Positions 47,791 to 56,923 of a DNA stretch of 64,000 bases are shown here, one piece after another. Made by a program: the position numbers and the translations under genes. The stretch's first letter is position 1. Each line of letters begins with the position of its first letter. Location of the stretch: assembly GCA_039025195.1 (NCBI GenBank), contig JBCCOW010000010.1, positions 7,909-71,908 of the forward strand. Direction: 5' to 3'. The DNA is from Planctomycetota bacterium. Lineage in GTDB: Bacteria > Planctomycetota > Phycisphaerae > Phycisphaerales > Phycisphaeraceae. Below the pieces are notes generated by a model. The model was not told the origin of the DNA. It did not search any database and saw nothing but the letters and a program-made list of their open reading frames with translations.

Positions 47791-49254
47791 TCAATGTCGA
47801 GCCAGCCCCGGCAGATCACTCTCCACGTCCACCGCTCCGACGCCTTGCCCACGCGCCACCCGTGCCTTGAACCCTTCAGCCATGACCACGCTCCCCCGCG
47901 TCGTCAAGCGTACCCGCTTCCCCGCCCAACGCTGCTCGAGCAGGTCCATCTCCCCCTCTCGCACGTACCGACACCCTTCCAACTGCACCGTCGTCTGCGT
48001 GCTTTCCCTACCGTCCGCTCCGACCTCGCCCTTGTCGTGCACCAACACGCCGCCCGCCCCCAGCGTTACCCGGCTCAGTGTCACCACATCTACCGGCGTC
48101 CCGATCAACAACACCGGCGAGTCCCCGCCGTGGAACACCCGCACGTCCTCCATCACCAGCCCCCGCTGCACCGGCGGCTCACTGCCGGGGTAGTACGACC
48201 GGCTGTAGCGATCCCGATCGAAATGCACCGAAAAGCCCGGCCGAGGCTTCTCCAGCGTGATGTCTCGGAACACCACATCACGCACCCCCGCCGAAGCCTC
48301 TACGCCCTCCTGCATCATCAGCCACGGGATCCCATCCACCACCTCAACACCCGCGTCGTGCGATGGGCACGTCCGCGACACATACCGCGTCCCGTCCGGC
48401 TCCGCCTGCACGCGGTACAACCGCCCGCCGCCCGGCAGCCCGTCGCCCCGCATCACCACCGTATCCGACTGCTGCACCGACATCCCTCCCCGCCAGTCTC
48501 CCCAAGACCCCGCCAGCACCCGGCAAAAATACCCCACCGATTCGTGCGCTTTCCCCGCCGGTGCCGCGAGGTCGTAACACCGCTCCACGACCCCCTGCTC
48601 GATCCAGCCCAGCTCCGGGTTCGACGTCGCATAGTCGTGAGCATTAAGCGCGACCGCATCATCTCGGGTCTGAAACACGCAGCCCCGGACCGCAAACCGC
48701 TTGCCCCGCCCCAGGTGTACCCCGTCCTTGTCGCCCTTGATGATGCAGTCCTCGACCACCAGGTCTTCGAACGTGCAGACATGCACCCCGAACTGCTGCG
48801 GCCCCAGGTCGTCGCACCGCAGCCCGATCACCCGCACGTCCGACGCATAGAAAAACGCCACCTGCCCCCGCAGCCCCGGCACCGTGTCGCTCCGCACATC
48901 CACACCATTCACCATCAGCCGCAACCCCTCTACCCGAACCCGCCGGTCCCACGTCTTCGTCAACGCGCCCTTGTTCAGAATCACGTGTGAAAACCCGCCG
49001 GCTTCCTCGGTCTTCCGCACGATCACCCCGGCCCCGAACACCAACGCCGTATCACTCCCCATATACACCGTCCCCGCCAGGTCATACACCCCAGCCCGCT
49101 CGACCCGCACCGTCCCCCCAGCCGCGCCCAACGCATCGATCGCCCCCTGCAACGCCGCCCGGTTCGCCACCCCGTTGTTGCCCGGCTCGAACCCCACAAC
49201 CCCCGACCCGCCGACCGCGGGTCCCGTCTCCGTATTTATCGTTGTCTCTGTCAT
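47791..49254 (-). CDS. Right-handed beta-helix (pectin-lyase-fold, GH28-like) protein
   Basis: 487 aa. N-terminus NRAALQGAIDALGAAGGTVRV is typical of pectate_lyase_3-type domains. It has repetitive beta-helix coils with no clear signal peptide. Confidence 0.5.
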   Translation of the reverse strand: MTETTINTETGPAVGGSGVVGFEPGNNGVANRAALQGAIDALGAAGGTVRVERAGVYDLAGTVYMGSDTALVFGAGVIVRKTEEAGGFSHVILNKGALTKTWDRRVRVEGLRLMVNGVDVRSDTVPGLRGQVAFFYASDVRVIGLRCDDLGPQQFGVHVCTFEDLVVEDCIIKGDKDGVHLGRGKRFAVRGCVFQTRDDAVALNAHDYATSNPELGWIEQGVVERCYDLAAPAGKAHESVGYFCRVLAGSWGDWRGGMSVQQSDTVVMRGDGLPGGGRLYRVQAEPDGTRYVSRTCPSHDAGVEVVDGIPWLMMQEGVEASAGVRDVVFRDITLEKPRPGFSVHFDRDRYSRSYYPGSEPPVQRGLVMEDVRVFHGGDSPVLLIGTPVDVVTLSRVTLGAGGVLVHDKGEVGADGRESTQTTVQLEGCRYVREGEMDLLEQRWAGKRVRLTTRGSVVMAEGFKARVARGQGVGAVDVESDLPGLARH

Positions 49255-49282
49255 CGCCGTAACCTAACGGAGTCCACCCACC

Positions 49283-49576
49283 ATGCCCATCACCCACAAC
49301 GCCAACACCACCCGCTTCCTCCTCCCGCTCGACAACGCCGACGATGCTTATCTCCTCTACGAACCGCTCGACCCCAATAGCTGCCCCGACCAGATCGCCT
49401 TCATAAGCGTCTACGTCCCCGAGTCGCACCGCGGCCAGGGCTTCGCCGCCCAGCTTGCCGACGTCGCCTTCGCTCACGCTCGCGCCGCTAGCTGGACCGT
49501 CCACCCCGTCTGCCCATACCTCCGCGCGGCGTATCTCCCCCGCAACCCGCAGCACGCCGACCTTCTCGCTGGCTGA
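49283..49576 (+). CDS. Small GNAT-fold N-acetyltransferase (YjdJ-like)
   Basis: 97 aa. Contains VYVPESHRGQGFAAQL and the C-terminal HPVCPYL motif. Confidence 0.65.
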   Translation: MPITHNANTTRFLLPLDNADDAYLLYEPLDPNSCPDQIAFISVYVPESHRGQGFAAQLADVAFAHARAASWTVHPVCPYLRAAYLPRNPQHADLLAG

Positions 49577-49692
49577 CCGCTCCACGGTTCGGTTTCCAGG
49601 CCGTGTCCCGTAATCTGGAGCCGATCCGCACGTCTAACCCCAGCACCCCACCAAGCCCGCATCCAGACCAAGCGCTCATCAGGAGGTCCCCC

Positions 49693-51024
49693 ATGCCCAA
49701 CCGTCTGCTCCGCCCCGTCCTGACCAGCCTTGCCACGGCGGCTGTGCTCGCCCTGCCCGTCGCCGCCCAACCCAAACAGCCCGGCGGCACCCCCACCACT
49801 CCCAACGGCCCCGTCCAGCCCGGTACCGCTGCTGCACCCTCCGCCGAGCTCTTCCCCGAAGCCGCTACCCTCCCGGCTCCCGACTGGATCAAGCCAGGCC
49901 TCACCCTCACCTGGTCTATGACCTCCATGTCCGGCAACGTCCAGGTCCCCGTCTTCAAACCCAACGCCGACACACCCGCGATCCCCAAGCTCCAATCCAC
50001 CAAGGGCAACAAGACGGGCGCCGCCCTCATCCAGGACTACGTCCTCGCCGTCGAACCCAAGCGTGTGGTCATCATCCGCTCCGTCTACGACAAGCCCAAC
50101 CTCGGCGGCCTCGTCCTCGCCAAGACTCAGGTCATCCTCGGCAGCCCCGGTGCTCCGGGCCTCGAAGGCACACACTGGGTCAACCCCAAGGCCTTCGACG
50201 GACCCCTCAAACGCACCGCCGAAGAGTTCAAAACCCTCCAGGAAGAAATCCGCACCGGGAAGAAGCCCGCCGACCACACCCTCAACCGCGCCTACCGCCG
50301 TGGCCCCATCACCCTCAGCGGTACCCCCTACGACGCCGTCGCCGTCACCGACCGCACCGTCACGAACGGCCAGCAGTCCGCCGAACGCATGCTCACCTAC
50401 GACGCCGACTCCGGCGTCCTTCTCAATGCCGCCCTCGGCCAAAAGCAGCCCAACCGCGGCATGGACGCCTTCATCACCGCCTACCTCGACTTCCTCGGCT
50501 CCGACACCGTCGCCCTCCCCTGGGCCAACGACCCCCTCCCCGCTTGGACTCAAACCCTAAACACCCTCACCTACACCGTCACCACCTCCTCCGTCTTCCA
50601 GGGTATGCCCACCCAGGGCAAACCCGTCACCCTCGAGATGACCCCCGAACTCCGTGGCCCGGACTACCTGATCCTTAACGCTAAACCCAAGGGCCAGCAG
50701 GGCACGCAGGGGGGTAGCGGGCAAAAGATCGCCGCCGGTTCCAACCTCATCGGCCTCGTCCTCCCCGCCTCTGCCGCTAACCGTCTTCGCAAGGGGCAGG
50801 TCCTGCTCAACGACCGCTTCACCGGCTCCAAGACTCATGTCGAATACGTCGGCCCCCTCGACAACGGCCAGCCCGGCTTCATGCTGGTCACCACCGACGC
50901 CAACAGCACCACTCAATCCATTTACGAATCCACCCGCGGCCTGATGGTCTATCAACGCTCCACCACCCAAGACCCTTCCGGTATGACGGTCGTCCGTGAA
51001 ACCACGTTCGTCCGTCATAAGTGA
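49693..51024 (+). CDS. Hypothetical secreted protein
   Basis: The ATG at 49693 lies 6 nt after AGGAGG (49681-49686). Signal peptide LTSLATAAVLALPVAAQ. No recognisable domain. Confidence 0.55.
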   Translation: MPNRLLRPVLTSLATAAVLALPVAAQPKQPGGTPTTPNGPVQPGTAAAPSAELFPEAATLPAPDWIKPGLTLTWSMTSMSGNVQVPVFKPNADTPAIPKLQSTKGNKTGAALIQDYVLAVEPKRVVIIRSVYDKPNLGGLVLAKTQVILGSPGAPGLEGTHWVNPKAFDGPLKRTAEEFKTLQEEIRTGKKPADHTLNRAYRRGPITLSGTPYDAVAVTDRTVTNGQQSAERMLTYDADSGVLLNAALGQKQPNRGMDAFITAYLDFLGSDTVALPWANDPLPAWTQTLNTLTYTVTTSSVFQGMPTQGKPVTLEMTPELRGPDYLILNAKPKGQQGTQGGSGQKIAAGSNLIGLVLPASAANRLRKGQVLLNDRFTGSKTHVEYVGPLDNGQPGFMLVTTDANSTTQSIYESTRGLMVYQRSTTQDPSGMTVVRETTFVRHK

Positions 51025-51034
51025 CCGACCGGTA

Positions 51035-51913
51035 TTACCGGATGCCGCCGTCCCACCAGTCGTTGTTGGCGGTATCGCCCTCGTAGAGGTCGCCCAGACC
51101 AACCGCAACCGCGTCAGGGTCGGAGACGGCGTGAGGCTCGAAACGGACGGATTCGCTGCTGGCGCTCCCGTCGGCCCATGACACATTGGCGGACTGGGCG
51201 GCGTGCCGGCCGTGAACGGTGGGCGAGCCGGAAGTGGTGCCGCGCCCGATAGTGGTGTAGGGCGGCAGCGTGTAGGGGACAGGCTGTTCGAGTTCGTACT
51301 CCGGCGAAAAGACGATATCGCCCTCAAAGGTGTCGAGGTAGATGCCCGCGTCGGCAAACATGACGGTCTCTGAAGTCGGGATGATTTCGGAGAGCCGGAA
51401 GCCGGTCCATGTGGCGTTGCCCAGCGGCGGGCCGGGTACGCCGAGCATACGGCCGTTGTACGCGTAGTCGATCGGCGGGAGTTCTACGCCCAGCGAGGTC
51501 GCCAGCAGGTCGATGTAGGCGGGGTCGACATCGAAGCTCGGACAGCCGCCGATCTGGCTCACGTCATTGAGGTAAGGCCCCAGCATGCTGTTGGCGAAGA
51601 CCGTGTTGACATCGGCCTGCGTCTCCACGACGCACCAAGACACTTTGGCTCCAGCGGTGATCGGGGCACCGGGCGGGAGCGGGCCCGTGAACCCGAACTT
51701 GGAACTGACCGATGCGTGAGGCGGGATGCGCTCGTCGTGATCGCTGGCATAGACATGGGTCGCCAGGCCGATCTGCTTGATGTTTGACAGGCAAGCGGAT
51801 TGCCGTGCCGACTCGCGGGCCGAGCCCAGGACCGGGAGAAGGATGCTGACCAGCAGTGCAATGATGCTGATGACAACCAGTAGTTCGATCAGGGTGAAGC
51901 CGTGCTTCTTCAT
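51035..51913 (-). CDS. DUF1559 protein with prepilin-type N-terminal cleavage/methylation domain
   Basis: The ATG at 51913 gives [21 protein letters not shown]. The downstream [13 protein letters not shown]...YASDHD is typical of the planctomycete DUF1559 / H-X9-DG family. Confidence 0.85.
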   Translation of the reverse strand: MKKHGFTLIELLVVISIIALLVSILLPVLGSARESARQSACLSNIKQIGLATHVYASDHDERIPPHASVSSKFGFTGPLPPGAPITAGAKVSWCVVETQADVNTVFANSMLGPYLNDVSQIGGCPSFDVDPAYIDLLATSLGVELPPIDYAYNGRMLGVPGPPLGNATWTGFRLSEIIPTSETVMFADAGIYLDTFEGDIVFSPEYELEQPVPYTLPPYTTIGRGTTSGSPTVHGRHAAQSANVSWADGSASSESVRFEPHAVSDPDAVAVGLGDLYEGDTANNDWWDGGIR

Positions 51914-51986
51914 GGTTAAGACCCGCTGGGAAAGCGAGAGGGCCGGGGACTCAATGCCCGCGACAAGCTGTGACCACCACGCGGCT

Positions 51987-52937
51987 TTAGCGGCGTCGGC
52001 GTTGGACAGGTAAAACACTCAGAGCACAGGCCACAAGCAGAGCCAGGCCTGTGGGTTCGGGCACTACCAGCGACGCCGTGCCCGACCGATTCAGGATGAA
52101 ATTAACGCCTCCAAAGATACCGGCCGAATCCGTACCGCTGACGTCAAAGACGTAACTCAGCGGGTCGCCGAGGCTGCCGCCGGTGAGGGTCCCGGTGTAT
52201 TCCAAGGAGCCAAGACCTGCAAACGGGGCGACAAAGGTATTCACGGTGACGTCGCCGATGAAGTCCATCTCGGTGAGTTCACCGTTGACAAAGGTGAGAC
52301 CGTCGCCGGTCACGTTGCTGATCGAGATCAGGTGATAGAACTGAGCGTTGCCGGCACCGCTACCGTCGTTAAAGGGTGTCTGGACCGGGGAGAGCGGGGA
52401 GATGTTGACCGGGTCCACGGTCCAGTTCGATCGGGGGTCGCCGGTCTGGTCGGGGGTGATCGTGCCATCCCAGGCAAACGTGTTGAAGTCAAAGGTCAGG
52501 GCCGAGACGGGGACCACGCCGCTGCCATTGACGAGTGTGCTGTCGTCGTAATCGATCCGGCCCGAACTCAGGGTCGAGAAGTCGGACTGGGTGATGTTCT
52601 GGTTGTTGACCTGAAAGCTCGACCCGCTAAACCCCGAGCCGAAAGCGGCGAAGGCGGAGTAATCGGACGTGGTGGACTGGGGGCCGGCGATGATGGCGGT
52701 GTAGTTGCCGTTGGCGAGCTGGTAGTTGGGATACTCCGGCAGGCCGTTGTGAAGAGGGTCGAAGTTACCGCTCGCGTCCTTGCCCTCGATGCCGTTCTGG
52801 GTGGTCGAGTTCTTGGCGTTCGACAGCGCGGCAAACCCGGTAGCGGGGCCGGCGAGATCGATGAACTCCGCGGCAAGCAGGCTCGGGGTCCAACCGATGG
52901 CCGCGGCAATACAGGCGGTGGTGAGGGCGTGATTCAT
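51987..52937 (-). CDS. PEP-CTERM sorting-domain surface protein, paralog 1
   Basis: 316 aa with a signal peptide. C-terminal [25 protein letters not shown] (PEP motif, TM segment, Arg cluster). It aligns with 53047-53997 over its full length. Confidence 0.85.
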   Translation of the reverse strand: MNHALTTACIAAAIGWTPSLLAAEFIDLAGPATGFAALSNAKNSTTQNGIEGKDASGNFDPLHNGLPEYPNYQLANGNYTAIIAGPQSTTSDYSAFAAFGSGFSGSSFQVNNQNITQSDFSTLSSGRIDYDDSTLVNGSGVVPVSALTFDFNTFAWDGTITPDQTGDPRSNWTVDPVNISPLSPVQTPFNDGSGAGNAQFYHLISISNVTGDGLTFVNGELTEMDFIGDVTVNTFVAPFAGLGSLEYTGTLTGGSLGDPLSYVFDVSGTDSAGIFGGVNFILNRSGTASLVVPEPTGLALLVACALSVLPVQRRRR

Positions 52938-53046
52938 GAGGTTTCCGTTGTTTTTACGAGCCGTAGCGGTGGGGCAGCCGATATGGAGGCCATCCGCCAG
53001 AACAAAAGCGGGTCAGGCGATTCCTCGCGTGACCCGAAAGGCTTGA

Positions 53047-53997
53047 TTACCCCTGTTCATCGAAGTCTTCACCCCGCCGGCGACGGCGAGCCAAGGTGAT
53101 CAGGCCGCCGAGGCCCAGCAGTGCGAGGGCGGCGGGTTCGGGGACGAGCACCGCGGTGCCTGAACGGTTCATCAGGAAGTTGGTGTTGCTGAAGAAGGCC
53201 AGGGTATCCGTGCCGCTGACGTTGAACTCGTAGCCGAGGCCGTCCGCGGTTAGTGTCCCGGTGTACTCGAAGGAGCCGAACGCGGCGAACGGCGCGACAA
53301 ACGCATCGACGGTGATGTCACCCGCGAAGTCGATATCGGTGAGCTCGCCATCGACGAAGGTCAGGCCGTCGCCCGTCACGTTGTCGATCGAGATGAGGTA
53401 ATAGACCTGGGCGTTGCCGGCCCCGGAGCCGTCGTTGAACTTGGTGAAGACCGGGGAGAACGGCGAGACATCGATCGGCGCGTTCGGGAGCTGGAAGTTC
53501 GACCTCGGCTCGGCATCGACGACCCCGTCCCACTCGAAGGTATTGAAGTCGAAGCTCAGATCGGCCACCGGGATGTTGACGTTGCCGACGGTCGAGTAGA
53601 GCGAGTTATCGAAGCTGATCCGGCCGGCGCTGAGGCGCGAAAAGTTGGCCTGCGACACGGTCTGGTTGTTGACCGTAAAGGTCGGGCCGGTGAAACCAGA
53701 GCCGAAGTTGGCGAAGTCGGAGTAGTCCGAGCCGGCGTCGAGGGGTGAAGCGATGATGGCGGTGAAGTTCCCGTTGGCCATCTGGTAGTTGGGGTAGTCG
53801 GGCAGGCCGTTGTGGTTGGGGTTGAAGTCGCCGTTGGCGTCCAGGCCCTCGATGCCGTTCTGGCTGCTCGAGTTCTTGAAGTTGGACAGGGCGGCATAAC
53901 CGGTGGCGGGGCCGCCGAGCTCGACCGCGAATTCGGCGTGTACGGTGGTGCTGGCAGCAAGGGTCAGGCAGGTGGCGAGGGTCAGCTTCTGAATCAT
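53047..53997 (-). CDS. PEP-CTERM sorting-domain surface protein, paralog 2
   Basis: 316 aa with a signal peptide. C-terminal VPEPAALALLGLGGLITLARRRRR. It shares blocks such as GPATG(F/Y)AALSN, NGLP(E/D)YPNYQ(L/M)ANGN(Y/F)TAII and [11 protein letters not shown] with paralog 1. Confidence 0.85.
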   Translation of the reverse strand: MIQKLTLATCLTLAASTTVHAEFAVELGGPATGYAALSNFKNSSSQNGIEGLDANGDFNPNHNGLPDYPNYQMANGNFTAIIASPLDAGSDYSDFANFGSGFTGPTFTVNNQTVSQANFSRLSAGRISFDNSLYSTVGNVNIPVADLSFDFNTFEWDGVVDAEPRSNFQLPNAPIDVSPFSPVFTKFNDGSGAGNAQVYYLISIDNVTGDGLTFVDGELTDIDFAGDITVDAFVAPFAAFGSFEYTGTLTADGLGYEFNVSGTDTLAFFSNTNFLMNRSGTAVLVPEPAALALLGLGGLITLARRRRRGEDFDEQG

Positions 53998-54070
53998 GGT
54001 GTCTTTCTCGTGCGTCTAACGCATTGGGTCCGTGAAATAATGTGAAAAGGGAAAGTAAGTAGGGGGGCGC

Positions 54071-54937
54071 TTACGCGTCGGGCTTGCGTCGCCGTCCGAG
54101 GAAGGTGGCCGCGCCGAGGCCGATCAGGGCCAGGGACCCGGGTTCGGGGATGACGAAGGAGGACGACAGGGTGCCGTTGAGGTCCCAGCCAGCCTGCGGT
54201 GCGGCGAAGCCGAGATTGATCAGGTCTTGGGCACCGGTCAAATCCAGCTCACCGCTCGGAAGCAGGGGGACATTGACCAAGACATCCCATTCGTTGCCGG
54301 ACAGGACAAGATCGCCGGTGAACACGAAGTCGCCGCCGCCGAACCCTCCGACGTAGGTGAAGGCGATATCTGCGGTCACATCGAACGAATCGACCGCGCC
54401 ATCGACGAAGGTGATCGTGCCGTTGATGTTGCTGATCGCGGTGTCGTAGCCCATATTTGTCACGAAGTCGCCGTCAGCGACATCGGCGTCGAAGTCGAAA
54501 TCGAGGGCTGTGACATCGCGTACTTCCGTACCGGCTCCCGTTACCGGGATGCTGTCGTCGAAGGTCAGCGTGTAGGAATCCGAGAAGTCGTTGTCGTTCA
54601 CGAAGATGTTGGCCGCGCCGAACAGGTTGGACGGGTTGGTGATCTGGAAGAATCCGTCGTTCGTGCCCGGGACCGATTCGGTAGGCACGGGAGGCGTCAC
54701 GCCGAAGACATCCGGCGTGCCGGGATCGTTGTCGTCATCAAAGAACGAGGTGTGCTGCTGCCCCAACTCGCCGAAGGCGTCGGAGAAGTAGTCGTACCAC
54801 CGGGAGCCGTCGGCCGCGGTGAGGTCAAGGCTGATCGTGTTCTCCGCCTGAGCGGTGCCCACGCAGAGCCCGGCATGGGTCGCGACCGCCAGAGCTGCAA
54901 GCCGAGCTGTAGAAACGTAGGGGGACTTGGAAATCAT
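54071..54937 (-). CDS. PEP-CTERM sorting-domain surface protein, distant paralog 3
   Basis: The ATG at 54937 gives the signal peptide ...ALAVATHAGLCVGTAQA. C-terminal IPEPGSLALIGLGAATFLGRRRK. The module ISNINGTITFVDGAVDSFDV resembles [21 protein letters not shown] of paralogs 1 and 2. Confidence 0.8.
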   Translation of the reverse strand: MISKSPYVSTARLAALAVATHAGLCVGTAQAENTISLDLTAADGSRWYDYFSDAFGELGQQHTSFFDDDNDPGTPDVFGVTPPVPTESVPGTNDGFFQITNPSNLFGAANIFVNDNDFSDSYTLTFDDSIPVTGAGTEVRDVTALDFDFDADVADGDFVTNMGYDTAISNINGTITFVDGAVDSFDVTADIAFTYVGGFGGGDFVFTGDLVLSGNEWDVLVNVPLLPSGELDLTGAQDLINLGFAAPQAGWDLNGTLSSSFVIPEPGSLALIGLGAATFLGRRRKPDA

Positions 54938-55595
54938 CTCTCTCCAATGTGTGGAAGGGTGGAAAATCATGGCCAGGGGGTGGCCGCGAAGGTGCTCCGC
55001 CAGCAGCTTCTGACAGCACGCTACCAGTACTGCGACTGCTTCGCAACAGGGTCTCGCAAGGTCTCGCGCATTTTTTTTGTTTTACTCGCGCGACTAGGGT
55101 GGATGCCCTAAGTCGCTTCTGCTTAGTGTTTAAGGTCAGGCCATGACAGCGGCGCTGGGCTGGCATGAGCCACCTGATAAATCAGCATGACGCCCCAGCA
55201 GGAGCTGCTGGTCGTTGTTTAGCGGCCTCCCTGCCGCGAGTCAGACCGCGTCGATTGCCGAGGGATTGTTGGTGCTCGTCAGGAGCGATCGATAGACGTG
55301 CCGAGGGCGGTGTTTAGCCTCCCCAGGTGGGCCTAATGAGCAGCCCGGCGTTGACGTGGGTGTAGGGTTGGGACACACCACCTGATGAGCGTGTGGGTGC
55401 GTCACCTGGACGGCACGGGCACCGGCGACGAGGACTCCAGGGTGTAGCACGTGACCTTGGCCGAACTCCAAACGAAACGCGACGCCATCAGGCCGCAGGC
55501 CTGGTGTCCGATCAAGCATCGCGCGGCAAGCCTAGCGGAGTCGATGGTGGTGCGGGTGCAGGTGGGGTTCGGCTTCGGCGGTTGATCTGCTCTGC

Positions 55596-55867
55596 TGACC
55601 GGTGAATTAGTTTGCTGCGCGGGTCATTTGCGGCGTTGGACCGGTCAAACGAGTCATTCGACCGGTCATGAGCGAAGAAAGACCGGTAGAACGCGGCATT
55701 TGACCGGTCATCTGAGACGTTTGACTGGTACAGAAACACAAATGACCCTGTTTTTTTGCACTTGACCGGTCAAACGCGGCGATTGACCGGTGATGTGGCG
55801 TGAAACACCGGTAAGGAGAGCTATTTGACTGTCATTAATGCGGAGTTGACCGCTGCGCAGTTCGACA
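55596..55867. repeat. Phased tandem array: 13 units of 21 bp with palindromic core TGACCGGTCA
   Basis: Core centres fall every 21 bp. One interval is 20 bp, and the two around the 9-nt core at 55826 are 20.5 and 21.5 bp. Perfect cores are at 55701 and 55763, and one-mismatch cores at 55596, 55638, 55659 and 55784. Spacers are also related (AACGCGGCATT / AACGCGGCGAT / TTTGCGGCGTT). Confidence 0.9.
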
Positions 55868-56026
55868 CGTCGTACGTGTCATTGACCTGAAGCACTACGC
55901 TGACAAAAGGCACCAGCTTTGTCTGTGCTACCGAGGAGACTGGGTGCGATGGGTCACAGGAGATGTTCGAGCGTGCTGTAACACTGACTGACAAAACAGG
56001 TTTTTTCAGTGCCACTCGCCGGGTGG

Positions 56027-56713
56027 TTAGGGATAGTCCAAGGCTGCGGGAAGATCGTCGAGAGAGCGACAACAACGCTCCGCATCCGGATGGGTCCTAC
56101 GCACCAAAACAGCTGTTATCCCAGCCCGCGCTGCGCCGCTAATGTCCGCTGCCCAGCTATCACCCACCATCACAAACTCTACTGCGTCTTTAAAATGCTC
56201 TTGGACCAGCTTGAACGCCAGCGGATTCGGTTTTTCCACGCCGGTCACCCCGGATGAAAAGACCGCATCAAATCGGGGCGAGAGACCCAACGCTTTAAGC
56301 AGCTCAGCAAGCTCTGGGACATGATTGGAGAGGATGGCATGACGCCAGCCATTCGACGACAGCACATCCAGGCAAGGCAACACATCTTCAAAAACACGCC
56401 ACCGATCGGGTCGCGTGTAGACCTGACGCACACGGCGAGCAATGGCTGAAGCTTTCGTTTCTTCAACCCCGAGGGCGGCCGTGCAAGCCTGCGTGAAAAG
56501 GGGTTCCAGAGATCGCCACCAATGCGCGGCGTCAATATCGGGACCGCGGACGACGTCTGGTGAGTGCCAGGGGAACCCCTGATGGAGGTGTGGGCGCAAG
56601 GCTTCGCGTTCAGCGGAGACTCCCTCGATCTCAGCAGCTTCTGCCAACGCCCCAGTCCACATCCCGCTGCGTTCTGCGAGCGTACCGTCAAAGTCCCAGA
56701 TAATGCATCGCAT
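56027..56713 (-). CDS. HAD-superfamily hydrolase (subfamily IA-like)
   Basis: The ATG at 56713 gives MRCIIWDFDGTL (motif I DxDGT). Motif II is ILSN and motif IV is MVGDSWAADI. GC is about 48-55%. Confidence 0.8.
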   Translation of the reverse strand: MRCIIWDFDGTLAERSGMWTGALAEAAEIEGVSAEREALRPHLHQGFPWHSPDVVRGPDIDAAHWWRSLEPLFTQACTAALGVEETKASAIARRVRQVYTRPDRWRVFEDVLPCLDVLSSNGWRHAILSNHVPELAELLKALGLSPRFDAVFSSGVTGVEKPNPLAFKLVQEHFKDAVEFVMVGDSWAADISGAARAGITAVLVRRTHPDAERCCRSLDDLPAALDYP

Positions 56714-56923
56714 CGAATACTTAGAATACAAGGCTCAGTTACCGGCCGCAGATCGCTCCCGTGTCACAATCGGTTTACTCTGAAACGCCTGCAGTTTTCC
56801 GTTCCGGCACTGCGCCACTGAATGAATCGCGGGGAGCGACTTTCCTGCACTGGCCGACAGAGCTTACGAGTGCCAACTTGCTGGCCAGAGCCGAAACAAG
56901 GAAGCGTTAGATCAAGCATCTGC

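Noticed and set aside
55391-55488. Hammerhead-ribozyme-like core: CTGATGAG at 55391-55398 and CGAAAC at 55483-55488.
   Set aside because: The sequences that would have to form stem II (GCGTGT... with ...CCAAAC) do not pair. No stem I or stem III with a cleavage triplet could be built. The two short motifs are probably chance matches.
55512-55739. A 75-aa minus-strand ORF running through seven units of the 21-bp array. It gives a heptad-like ...DDRSNAAFYRSFFAHDRSNDSFDRSNAAN... sequence.
   Set aside because: The ORF exists only because one frame avoids the TGA in each palindrome. It has no ribosome-binding site, no homologous-looking domain, and covers only part of the array. The repeat continues on both sides outside the ORF. 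It is treated as non-coding, and translation is listed as a refutation test.
55596-55867. CRISPR array as an explanation for the regularly spaced repeats.
   Set aside because: The unit length is 21 bp, with a 10-bp core and 11-bp spacers. The spacers are related to each other rather than unique. No cas genes or leader are present. CRISPR repeats and spacers are each roughly 25-40 bp or more.
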